Positions 12,490 to 23,155 of a stretch of DNA of 64,000 nucleotides are shown one piece after another (position 1 is the stretch's first letter; every line of letters begins with the position of its first letter). Made by a program: the position numbers and the translations under genes. The stretch spans positions 26,350,001 to 26,414,000 of the forward strand of contig CM052851.1 in the NCBI GenBank assembly GCA_028534125.1, written 5' to 3'. Source of the DNA: Lama glama. Taxonomy: Eukaryota. Under the pieces are notes generated by a model, which was given only the letters and a program-made list of their open reading frames with translations, did no database searches and had not been told where the DNA came from.

Positions 12490-12810
12490 AGCTACGGGAC
12501 CTGGCACAAGTTACTTAACCACACTGAGAATCAAGTTGCATCTGGAAAATAAGGATGACAATGTGCCTATCTTGTAGGATTATTTCAGGAAATGAGGCGA
12601 AGTGTATGAAAGCCCCTGGTACTGGTTCTGGTACGTATTCAGTATTCACTAGTCATCATGATCGTTATCGAATGACCTCACTGATTCCTCACTGCAGCCC
12701 AGGGATATTATCTGCATCGCAGGTTGAAAACTTAAGTGCAGACAGATTACTTGTCTGAACTGCTCGCCCAGATTCTTTTAGCGAGTAAGTCAAGAAGCCA
12801 GGATGACAAT
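12490..12810. mobile_element. Two MIR fragments (+ at about 12490-12665, - at about 12680-12810)
   Basis: caagttacttaaccacactgagaatcaagttgcatctggaaaataaggatgacaat (+); cctcactgcagcccagggatattatctg...gtaagtcaagaagccaggat (-). Confidence 0.65.
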
Positions 12811-12824
12811 TCGAGTTTGCTTTT

Positions 12825-13050
12825 ATTTTTTTTTTATTGAAGTGTAGTTGATTTACAGTGTTTCAGGTGTACAGCGAAGTGATTCAGTTACATATATATA
12901 TTCTTTTTCAGATTCTTTTCCGTTGGAGGCTATTACAAGACATGGAATACAGTTCCCTGTGCTATCCAGTAGGTCCTTGTTGTTCATCTACTTTATAGAT
13001 AGTAGTGTGTAGCTGTCAATCCTAAATTCCTAATTTACCCCTCCCCAACC
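12825..13050 (-). mobile_element. Relatively young L1 3' UTR tail with target-site duplication
   Basis: poly-T then attgaagtgtagttgatttacagtgtttcaggtgtacagc...gttccctgtgctat; TSD tcgagtttgctttt (12811-12824) / tcgggtttgctctt (13051-13064), 12/14 identical. Confidence 0.9.
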
Positions 13051-14169
13051 TCGGGTTTGCTCTTGATGTTTTCTTCTACAAAGTCCTTTTTCTGTTTTAG
13101 TGGTATTAGCAAGCCCATTTGCTATTTTTTTTTTCTAGCGAGAGTTATTTTTCTCTTCAACTAAAATTGAATGAGGCAACATTTAGCGCCTGACTAAATC
13201 CTCCCAAGGCCCTTGGTTCTTCGTCAATATCTTTCCCTCCTCCACCCCAAACAGTTTCACCCACCTGCTGCCTAGGACCAAGTCCTTGACTGTCAGTGCC
13301 CTCGAGCCTTGGATCTTGGTTTTGGGGTGTCCATCCCAGGCCAAGTCATTCCCACACCATGCAGCTGTCACTTCAGGCTGGATGACTTCCTGGATGGGTC
13401 TGCACCTTGACACTGGGCTGACATGACCCCAACAAGGCTTGTTCCCATCTTAGGACCCCCTCCCTAGTCTTCCCCGTCATCCTCAATCCAGGTGAGACTG
13501 AAACTCCGTGAAATTCAGCAGATCAGTTCCTGGGACTGTGCTGGGGTAAAGATGGGGCTGTGAGAGCCACAGGCTTGGGCGAGGCACTCCAGACATTGAG
13601 GTTTTCAAGTTAATTCCCACTTCAGGACCTGAAGTAGGTATCATCAATGTTAATAGTAGAGCCCACCATTTATTTAATAATGGCTGATTTTGTGAAAGAA
13701 AGGGAGGTGAAGATAAACCATTTCAGTGTTAAGACCAACTCAACCTGATTTCATAAACATTAAATTGTTTTCTGTGTCAGTGTGTATGTGTATGTGTTTT
13801 CAAGGGATCACTGGAAGGAATGCATGCATTAGGATAAAGGAAACATATTGCTACAATTTAGTGAAATTTTTATTTTACCCAGAGTGATTCTTAAAGCAAA
13901 GTGATTTATCTGTGAATAAGTAAAATCAGAGTCTCTGTTTATTACCTGTTTACAGAAAGACAGGCTAAGCCCTGCACTACTTGCCCAGGGGATGTAGACC
14001 TGAGTAAGCTACTGTGGTGTCCTCCCAGAACTCTGTCCTTAGGAGAAGACAAACTCATATGTGGAAGATGCCACCTCAACGCATTAAGATGGATCCTGAG
14101 CCCTTAACCCAGTCTGGAGTCTCAGGGCTAATTTCTTCAAGGAATTTTCAATTGAAGAAGATTTTGAAG

Positions 14170-14385
14170 GATAATAAAAATGATAACTGACACTTACTGA
14201 AGAAGCATTACTTGGTAGGCTCTAAGTGTTTTCCATCCATTACTGCTTAATCCTAGAAACTGTTTTATCAGATAAGGATGATCACTATGCCTGTGGCACA
14301 AATGAGGAAACTAAAGTCCAGAGAGCTTAAGTAACTCGCCCAAAGTCACACAGATGGTAAGTAGCTGAGGTGGGATGAAACTTAG
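14170..14385 (-). mobile_element. MIR within an L2 fragment (about 13985-14487)
   Basis: caaatgaggaaactaaagtccagagagcttaagtaactcgcccaaagtcacacagatggtaagtagctgaggtgggat. Confidence 0.8.
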
Positions 14386-14487
14386 GAAGGGTTGTAAGTT
14401 AATTCGAAAAAGGAAGGAGAAAGGATAACACAAGCAAAGGCACAGAAGAATAAAACAATACTAGCTTCGAAGGGGACTAAGAGAATT

Positions 14488-14925
14488 AGGCAGCAGACAC
14501 TGTTGGTGCCCACATCCTGAGGTCATGTTCCACAGAACTCCTTTTACATTCTTGGCTGGATGGCTCTTCTCTCAACCAAGGGAGGCAGTGCTGCTGTGCA
14601 CGGCGGGCTAGATGTGCTGGTACTTAGCACGCTAGGATGTGCTGGTGTGTGGTGGTGAATAAATACCCCAGCTCCCTTGCTCTTCAGGTAAAATAACTTT
14701 TAAGGCATGTGTTTTACACCATTACCTAGCACTTCCTTTCAGGATTAAGCTTCAGAGACCCATAATGACAGCTGACTTGATGACACATCCTATATCAGCC
14801 ACTTTCATTCACTGCATAATATCTTTACTCCCTTATAGGTACTTCCTGAACTTCCCAAAATATAAATTCCTTGATCTTGAATCCTTGTCCCAGGGTCTAC
14901 TTTGGGGGAAACATAAGCTAATACA
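14488..14925 (+). mobile_element. ERVL solo LTR, LTR16 family
   Basis: starts gcagcagacactgttggtgccc; ends cttgaatccttgtcccagggtctactttgggggaaacataagctaataca, resembling LTR16 termini. Confidence 0.8.
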
Positions 14926-15079
14926 AACTCAGTATTGCTAAAACATAAAGTAAGAGGCTGAAAAGGCACAGTAGGGCCCATACATCCCAAAGGTGGCCAT
15001 ATATCCACAGACAAACACTGGTTACCGCCCCAGGGTGGTGCGTGTTCATGGACTCAGAGAACGTGTGATACATATGATA

Positions 15080-15220
15080 TCATCGCAGGAAGTCTGTAGG
15101 AGATCATTTGTCTGTTCCATCTCCATTTTGCAAACAATACACCTAAACGTGGAGCAGGAAGTGGCTTGCCTGTGTCACTTCACAGGTTCATGGTAAAGCC
15201 CAGGTTCTTATTGCCTGAAC
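15080..15220 (-). mobile_element. MIR fragment
   Basis: atctccattttgcaaac...aagtggcttgcctgtgtcac...ggtaaagcccagg. Confidence 0.55.
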
Positions 15221-15529
15221 ACAAATGGTGAGATCCAGCTCATGCCGGAAAACCAAGGTGCTAGTTGGAATAATTGTTGCACCAACTGCACCACCTTTAT
15301 GAAAGTTACAAAGATTAGGAACTTGAGAAATTCATTTTTCAGGCTCTGTCTGTCTCAAACCATCTTGTGCTAACCAACTTACCAGGGCTTGCCAGAACCC
15401 AAGGTGCAGGAAGCAGAGAACTTTGCTGCAGTTTGCAAATAAACCCGAGTGTTTACAATTCCTTAACCACTTGGTCAACCCAGTCAGTTCGCTCCTAGGA
15501 AGCAATGGCAGAAAAATAATAACACAGAG

Positions 15530-15779
15530 ACACAGTTATCTGTGCGTAATACAGCATTGTTGGTAAGAACACAAGAATTGGAGTAGCCTGATTGAATAAA
15601 ATAAGGTTAATCTAGGAAGACAGCTACGATATACTAAATGAAAAAGGACATCGTGACTGCAGATGTATATAGTCTGATCTTTCTCTTTAAAAAATTAAAA
15701 ACGCTTATGTGCAGATAGATTTTTCACTTTGTAAGCACAAGAATATTCCGTAATGGTACTCATCAAACTGTCAACAGTG
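15530..15779 (+). mobile_element. Old L1 (L1ME-like) 3' fragment; continues at about 16458-16590
   Basis: gatatactaaatgaaaaagg...atatagtctgatc...catcaaactgtcaacagtg resembles the L1ME 3' UTR. Confidence 0.55.
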
Positions 15780-16457
15780 TGTGGTGGTTAATTTTTGGAA
15801 TTTTACTTTGTGTTTGGTCTCACCCTGTGTTTCTTCCTTTCCCGCACTGTAAGCAGATGGTCAGGCCTTTTTGTGGCCTTTTGCCACAAGGGAGATTTTT
15901 GTCATAGGGCCAGAAGCCAAAGTTGTCGGGAAGACACTTCTGATCTTGGTCCGGAATTTTCTAAAACCTAAACCAGTTGAGGAGATTGCCTCTGGTATCC
16001 TGGAGGAGCAGGAGAAAGAAGGGAAGGCCTTTGAAATGAAAATGGGATAGAAATCTGTGAGTCCTGGAGGACTCCCAGGAGGAGGAAGACCTCAGATGGA
16101 CTGGCCGAGGGAGCTGGGAATTCTGAAGCCTCACCAAAGCTTTTCCTAGCTTTGAAAGAGGTAGCAAAGGAGTCAGAGCTGGAAGAAATCATATGATCTG
16201 AGATCACGGGTGCCTCAGCTGTAAATAGCATGACTTCATCCAATGGCTAAAGAGACCTCTCTAGGACCTGTTGCTACAGGAGACCCTGGGACCCTTCCCC
16301 ACCCCTGAGGGTGACAATACTGGCTGGCATTGAACTCCTAATAACCTGAGAGGACGAGGAGAGTGACAGTAGGCTCAGAATTGGATGTAACTTGTGTAAA
16401 ATAAAGTACTATTTCTTGCACATCTGAGTTTGTAAAATGAGATTCATATTCACCACA
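15780..16457 (+). mobile_element. Solo LTR, probably an ancient Gypsy-type MamGypLTR
   Basis: perfect 7-bp terminal inverted repeat TGTGGTG...CACCACA; AATAAA near 16400 followed by cacatctgagtttgt...gagattcata. Confidence 0.65.
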
Positions 16458-17451
16458 AGAAGCAGGGCTGGAGATTTAGAGGGGAGAACTTCCCTTCTTA
16501 TATCATGTCAGTTTCAAGTAATAGGATTATGCATAGTTTTGATTTTTCTTTTTTTGCTTCCCTCTACCCGCAGTATTTTTCTAAGAAACCCATTTTTAGC
16601 ATTCAGTAAGCCATCCCACCCTCTCAGTCTGGTGGCGGCTTCTCCAGAGGGACAGAGTCAATAGCATAAACATCGTTTCTGACCCTGAGACACGGGTCCT
16701 ATTTACTCATTTAAACATCACTTGAAGGGTCACTTGCTCAAATGGTCTGTGACACTTGCGGGAACAGGAATGCTCGCTCTCCTGGGTCCTGAATCTCTGG
16801 TTCTCCAGGACTCTGACTTTCTCTACTCTCTGAGAGGAGCCCTCTTTCCACTACCGCTTCATGCATCTCCTGACTTAAGTATTCCCTTCAACGTTTGTCA
16901 CATTGTGAATTTACCTTCACGCTCGTGCTCCAGATTTCCTCAATGAGATTCTTTTAAAATTCTTTACGGGGCTGTCTATTTAGGAAGAGAAAATGCCTCT
17001 AGATGTGGGTACGAAGGAGAGAGGGTGTGACGATGGCTGGGGACAGCTGGAGACAGTCTGATGCGGGCACTGCTGTCGGACAGCTGCAGAAAATCGACTC
17101 CATCGTGAAAAGTGCGGTAATTCCACCTAAGCCCCCTGCATGGAAGAAAAGGAAGAGGCATTTTTTTTTACACATCAGCCCTTGGGTCCCACCAATCCAT
17201 CCAGTCTTAGTACCCGCTGCTTTCCAGAGCACAGCCTCCCAATATCAGGCTAAGACACCCGTTGATCCTCTCAAGGGCACAGGTCCAATCTCTAGGTCTT
17301 TGTACAAGCTGGTTCCCTCTTGATGAACCACTTCCATCACATTTCTAATCTAATTTACTTCTCAGTGAAGCTTATTCTACCTCCTCCTGGCCAAAGTCAA
17401 CTTCTCCGAACCCAGATGTTAACTATACATGCCAGTATTAGGGTTAAACAG

Positions 17452-17454
<3 letters not shown>

Positions 17455-17494
<40 letters not shown>
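17455..17494 (+). repeat. (TG)20 microsatellite
   Basis: read directly. Confidence 0.97.
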
Positions 17495-17496
<2 letters not shown>

Positions 17497-17590
17497 CAGT
17501 TGACCCTCGGACAACTTGGGTTAGTATTTTTCACAGCGGATATTTTTCAGTAATAAATGTTACAGTACTACTCAGTCTGCGGTCTGTTTA
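17497..17590. mobile_element. Tigger2/MER28-type terminal fragment
   Basis: cagttgaccctcggacaacttgggtt...cggatatttttcagtaataaat resembles the Tigger2 TIR CAGTTGACCCTTGAACAAC. Confidence 0.65.
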
Positions 17591-18427
17591 CATATGTATG
17601 TAATACATATAATATGGATGTAACATATTATGTACACAATACATAATAATATATAATATATATCTGTTTTTTTCTGGAGAGAGAGAGATTTATTTTAAAG
17701 AATTGGCTCACACAATTAGGTTGGCAAGTCCGAAGTCTGTAGGGTAAGCCTGCAGGTTGCAAATTCAGATAGGACTTCAGTTGTGGTCTTGAGTCAGAAA
17801 TTCTCATTTAAAAAAATACCTTCACAGCAACATGTAGACTGGGCTGGTGTTTGCTCAAACAACTGGACGCAATAGCTTAGCCAATTTGACATATAAAATT
17901 AACCATTACGATACTTCTACTATTCTATTATTTTACACATTTGAATCATGTCTCCTCAATAGGGTTTTAAGCTACTACAAGGTAAGGAACAGGATGACAT
18001 CATGAATCAGGCAGATATAAGACCATTGAAAGCTGTTGTATAATAACCAGAATCTCAAATACCTTTCCTGTGACTGTGGACTTAACCATTCAGGGCTAGA
18101 AAATGTGGGCTTCTTATTCTTTCTGCCACAGCCTTCTGGATGCTTGCTATGGAAGCGGGGTTTTCACTGAAGTTTAGTTCAACAAGAGATAAGGAAGCAA
18201 TCTCAGCCACGCCGTTGAGTTAGCAACTGTCCTAAGGGGTCAGTGGGAGTAGATTGTTGAAACTTGTGATTGATAAAAAATTCATGATTACGTCTGGATT
18301 TCTTGAAGCCAAGATAGCCATGATGGAGAGCACATGGGGCCAGTTAGTGTACTGGTCAACAGTAGGTCAAACATTAATTGGGTCACTCTCCTTCCTCCAC
18401 CTCCTTCAGCCTCACCCCTGTCTCCCA

Positions 18428-18430
<3 letters not shown>

Positions 18431-18460
<30 letters not shown>
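18431..18460 (+). repeat. (CA)15 microsatellite
   Basis: read directly. Confidence 0.97.
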
Positions 18461-18463
<3 letters not shown>

Positions 18464-18690
18464 CTATGTTGATCTGCCTGGATTTTTGCTTGAATTAACC
18501 AAAGGTTGACCAACTAATGTGAAGTTAAGTCTGAAGTCTTAATCTTAGGAACTACCTTCATGGAAGCTACTGGGGCTCTGAGTCAGAGAAGAAGAGTACC
18601 GAAAGCAAAGGGACAAACTATCTGCTTCACAGCTTTGCTTCTGCTAGCTTCCAGAGTTAACCACCATTAATAGCAGTACTTAGAAAAGGG

Positions 18691-18830
18691 NNNNNNNNNN
18701 NNNNNNNNNNNNNNNNNNNNNNNNNNNNNNNNNNNNNNNNNNNNNNNNNNNNNNNNNNNNNNNNNNNNNNNNNNNNNNNNNNNNNNNNNNNNNNNNNNNN
18801 NNNNNNNNNNNNNNNNNNNNNNNNNNNNNN
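18691..18830. other. Assembly gap (140 N); other gaps at 19093-19220, 24428-24573, 27971-28110, 32268-32767 and 63495-63994
   Basis: N runs read directly. Confidence 1.
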
Positions 18831-19670
18831 TCAGAATGGCCATCATCAAAAAGTCTACAAATAATAAATGCTGGAGAGGGTGCGGAGAAAAAGGAACCCT
18901 CCCACACTGTTGGCGGGAATGCAAATTGGTGAAGCCACTATGGAGAATAGTATGGAGATTCCTTAAAAAACTAAAAATAGAGTTACCATATGATTCAGCA
19001 ATCCTATTCCTGGGCATATATCCAGAGAATATTCTAATTCAGAAAGATACGAGCATAACAACGTTCAGAGCAGCACTATTTACAACAGCCAGNNNNNNNN
19101 NNNNNNNNNNNNNNNNNNNNNNNNNNNNNNNNNNNNNNNNNNNNNNNNNNNNNNNNNNNNNNNNNNNNNNNNNNNNNNNNNNNNNNNNNNNNNNNNNNNN
19201 NNNNNNNNNNNNNNNNNNNNATCTAGAGATTACCATACTAAATTAAGAAAGTCAGTTAGAAAAAGACAAATGTCATATGATATCACTTATATGTGGAATC
19301 TGAAAAAATGACATAAGTGAATTTATTTACAAAATATTTACAGAAAGAGACTCACGGATATAGAGAACAAACTTATGGTTTTTGAGAAGTAGGGGGAGGG
19401 AGGAGAGAGGGGCAAATTGGGAGTTTGGGATTAGCAGATACAAACTACTATGTACAGAAGAGATGAAGGACAAGGTCCTGCTGTATAGCACAGGGAACTG
19501 TATTCAGTGGCTTATAGTAATGTGTAATGAAAAAGAATATGTACATACATATATATAGATGTGTACGTGAATCACTGTGCTGTACACCAGAAACTAATAC
19601 AACATTGTAAATCAACTACACTTCAATTTTTAAAAAGGGAAAGAAAAAAATAAAATAAATTTTTAAAAAA
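18831..19670 (+). mobile_element. Relatively young L1: ORF2 C-terminus, 3' UTR and A-rich tail (contains an N gap)
   Basis: ORF 18836 [63 protein letters not shown] is the L1 ORF2 Cys-rich region; ends aacattgtaaatcaactacacttcaa plus A-rich tail. Confidence 0.95.
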
Positions 19671-20974
19671 TGGATCCCCACTACAGTTGACAATGAGTGT
19701 AAATACAACACCGTTATAGAATATCTCTAGTGCGGCAGGATTGAAATATCTCCTGGCTTTTCTTGTTCTCTCCCTGAGACCTGTCATTTCCCAGGGATGG
19801 TACATATAATACTTTAATTGTTAATATAAAACACATTCCAGTAGTACTTCGTCTGCCTGTATCGTGTTCCTAGAAGTATATTTAGAATTTTAAACTGTTC
19901 CAACTATTACACATTTTGCCAAATTTTAGTCATCGAGGGAGTTGTGTTTAAACATCTGTTGACTGCAGATGTTAAGCAGTGTGAAATAGTCTTTTAAGAT
20001 GCCAAAATGCAATTAAAATCATAATATTTTTCTTAGTAACCCATCACGCTACATCAATGGAACTTCAGAAGGATAAAACTCAATGAACAATGAATGGTAA
20101 TAATTCTCTAAACAAATCAGCCATAGCTCGCAGCAGGGGAGAATTAACTTTTAACTAAATTATGTTAAATTATCATTGCCAATTTGCCCAGCTCTTGAAG
20201 AGAGCTAGTTTGTTTTTCTTTTTCAAACCAGGCATTGGACAGGTAGACTTAAAATGCAAGAAAGGACATCTTTTTTTGGCTCAGAAGATGAAGATAATTG
20301 GATAACAAATTTTTTTCCTTACGTTTGGCTGGGCCACTCATTCAGATGTCGGTGTTTAAAACACTGAAATGCCAACACGGGGGTGTATATGTACCTGGGC
20401 TCCGGATTCCGAGGAAGGTATGTGGAACATGACCTGGACATGCCTCGACCTGGGTGATGATCTCCACCCCAAGGAGTGGAAGAAACCCATCACACAGATG
20501 GAGAGCATCCTTCTTCTGTACTTCTTAGGACCTGAAGCTGCCTTGTTTTGGTTGCTGGGTGGGGAGGTCGGAGCAATACTGGAGCTTCCAGAAGGGAGGA
20601 GAGCGCTTTCTCTTCAGCGTTAATTAAGCAGTATCAGGAGATCTCAGTGTCCTAAATAGCCCTCTCCCCTGCCTGAAATTCTACTGCTTGAGTTTTTCTT
20701 TAGGTTTAAAACCTTGAAAACTCCATAATGTTCCTAAGTAGAACAATGAAGCCATAAGTAGTCAATGCCTTTCTTCAATTTTTTTTTCCATTTCAATTTT
20801 AGGTCTAATTTTATCTACTTCCTAAGAATATGTTTCATATTTTCCTGAGGGCTGGGCCTACGTGTGTAGTTGGTTCTCACATCTTCATTTGTTGACTAAA
20901 TTAGTCCAAAAATCAGTTATAATTCTTTTTTGGGGCAAAAGTGAACTTGTCAGATTGGGTGACCCACTATTTCT

Positions 20975-21270
20975 CATATTCATCATTGACTGAGCATCTG
21001 TTATGTGCCAAGCTCTACACTTATTTCTGGGGCAACAGGGATGAAAGTCCGTAATCCATTTCTAGCACCCAATCAGTCTGATGGGGACAAAACCAGACCA
21101 TCATCGTGTGGTGTGGTGACAGGTGCAGGAAGTAGACACAGGGTGCTTTTGAGCACAGAGCCGTGACCAGCCTCATGGCAGTGTATGGATGACTCTGTCC
21201 CTGAGTATCCAGGTACATTGGAGAGGTATAATGAGGAGGGGCATAATCGGTACAGAGTGTTTATATAAAG
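20975..21270 (-). mobile_element. L2 3' fragment
   Basis: cattgactgagcatctgttatgtgccaagc...cacagggtgcttttgagcacagag. Confidence 0.6.
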
Positions 21271-21994
21271 TTCTGCTATGTTTCCACTCCTGGGCCGGGT
21301 GTTTCGGTTGGGGATGGGTGTTAGAAAGAGAAGGCTGGAAGTTGGAAAGCAAGAAAACATCACATCAACCATCAGCGTTCACAACTTTATTTCAGGAAAT
21401 AAGACAGAAGTGGAGGGAATCAAGACGCTCTGCAGATTTGTCAAGTTTAAGCATCCAGTTGTGTGGGCAAACAGTACGTGACATGGGTGAAGAGAAAAGG
21501 AAAAGAGTGAGGTAGGGTGGGGTCGTCTCAGAGGGGTCTTCCAGGAGGAGACAGGCATGAGACAGACATGGAAGGACTGGTCCAGTTGACATTGGTGAAA
21601 AGAGAGGTCCCACAGTATCTATGCAGTGTGGGGAGCGGTAGCAGGGCCTGATGTCCAGAGCTGAAAATGAGGGGAATGCTTTTGTTGTTAAATGGGTGTT
21701 GCAGGGGAGTGAGGAGGGGGTTGTGCAATAAGGGACCAGAAGAAGGGTCGGAGCTGAGTTTTGTTCAGGGTCTTTTATTCACCCATTATTGAGGGCCACG
21801 CTCTGGGCTTCCTACTGTGGTTCCAGGAATTAGTGAATTCCTGCCATCTTGAATCTTATAATCTAGTTCTAAGAAGATACTTGGATTTCTCAGAGCCTGA
21901 GTGTGTTGGGGTCTATGCTCCTTTCATTTCATCTTTCAAATAGAGTCCCCAAAGGAAATTTCCCTGATCTTTTCAGCCAAAATAATTTGTAATG

Positions 21995-22238
21995 ACAATA
22001 ATAGTAGCTAACATTATCAAATACGTTGTAGACCCGTGTACTGCACGAAACACATCTTGTGCCTTATTCACAATAATAGTTCACATCTAAATGTTTCTCT
22101 GTCTCAGCACTGTGTTACATTTACAGAGTACATCATTTAATCCTTACAACAAACTTAAAAATATGCACTATGATTATCTCCATCTTCTGTGAGAAGACTG
22201 AGGTGCTGCAAGCCCAAATGATTTACCCAAGGTCATCT
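21995..22238 (-). mobile_element. MIR fragment(s)
   Basis: aatagtagctaacatt...catcatttaatccttacaacaaac...attatctccatc...actgaggtgc...atttacccaaggtca. Confidence 0.75.
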
Positions 22239-22279
22239 TTAACTTTCGAGGGGAGACGGAAGATGCTTAGAAAATAGAA

Positions 22280-23155
22280 CGATCAACACTGGGCACCTTC
22301 TGATGCGAAAAAACGTGCAGCACACAGTACCACTCAGGAAGCATGCTTGCTAAAAAACGTCGAACGTAAATCTAGTTAGATCTTTAAAGCTAACTTCCGG
22401 TTTTTTGAAAATAGACGGATACAGAATCAAAATAAATGATACTACAAAGGAGTAAATGGAAAAGTTTAGAATTTAGGAGTGAGGGACTGTAGGACAGCTG
22501 ACTTGATTTCTTCAACATGTCAATGATATATATTTTTATTATAATATAATATAACATAATATACTAATAATAAATAGGTAGGCAGAGAGAAGAGATAGGA
22601 AATAGAACTTGGTTTGAATTGTGTTAATTTAATGTTTGGGCTTTGTTTGCTTCCTAATTTGAGCAAACCAATTTTATTTATTTTTGTAATTAATTAATTT
22701 TTTATGGAGGTACCGGGATTGAACCCAAGACCTTGTGCATGCTAAGCATGCGCACTACCACTAAGCTATATCCACCCCCACCCCCATCCCCCCCAAGCAA
22801 ATCAATTTTAAAACCACTTTTTGAATATGTGGGGAAATCTGAATGTGGACTGGTTGTTGGAAGATTTAAGGAAAATACTCCTAATTTTCTTGGGTGTGAT
22901 CACGGCACTGAAGTTATGAAAGAAAATGCTCATATTTTTTGGACACATATACAAGTGAGTTAGGAAATGTAGGATTTGCTTTAAAAATATCTAGCAATGA
23001 TGACTACAACAGAAAAGGATAAATGATGCACTCACAGCAAATGTTTGCTTAATTGTTGAATCTGGGTGATGGCTGCTTGGAGGATCATCATATTAGTCTC
23101 TCAACTTTTCTGTATGTTTCAAATTTTTTAAATAGAAATTCATTTTTTTTAAATG
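22280..23155 (+). mobile_element. Old L1 (L1MC-like) 3' UTR interrupted by a SINE
   Basis: ggacagctgacttgatttcttcaaca...tgggtgtgatcacggcactgaagttatg...aattgttgaatctgggtgatgg...tctcaacttttctgtatgtttcaaatttt. Confidence 0.75.
22677..22795 (-). mobile_element. Vic-1-type camelid SINE (tRNA-Ala AGC derived)
   Basis: reverse complement tatagcttagtggtagtgcgcatgcttagcatgcacaaggtcttgggttcaatcccggtacctcca plus A-rich tail; TSD agcaaaccaatttta (22662-22676) / agcaaatcaatttta (22796-22810). Confidence 0.9.

Larger units (their letters stand above)
17435..17910 (-). mobile_element. MLT2 (ERVL) LTR, internally deleted
   Basis: gagatttattttaaagaattggctcacacaatt...aataccttcacagcaacatgtagact...gccaatttgacatataaaattaaccat, reverse complement of the MLT2 start. 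Confidence 0.85.

Noticed and set aside
14607-14646. Direct repeat gctag(g)atgtgctggt x2
   Set aside because: A local duplication within the LTR16 copy; only two units, not an array
17003-17323. 106-aa ORF with a KKRKR NLS-like stretch
   Set aside because: No recognisable homology or convincing splice structure; the basic run derives from a purine tract
17590-17665. Short hairpins in TA-rich DNA
   Set aside because: Expected from low-complexity (TA)n-like sequence inside MLT2
18836-19246. ORFs spanning N runs and L1 ORF2 pieces as CDS (also 32218-33028)
   Set aside because: Lengths are inflated by Ns, and the L1 fragments are truncated and frameshifted
22700-22775. tRNA-Ala(AGC) genes (also at 54663 and 61313)
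   Set aside because: A-rich tails, TSD-like flanks and stem mismatches identify them as SINE copies, not tRNA genes
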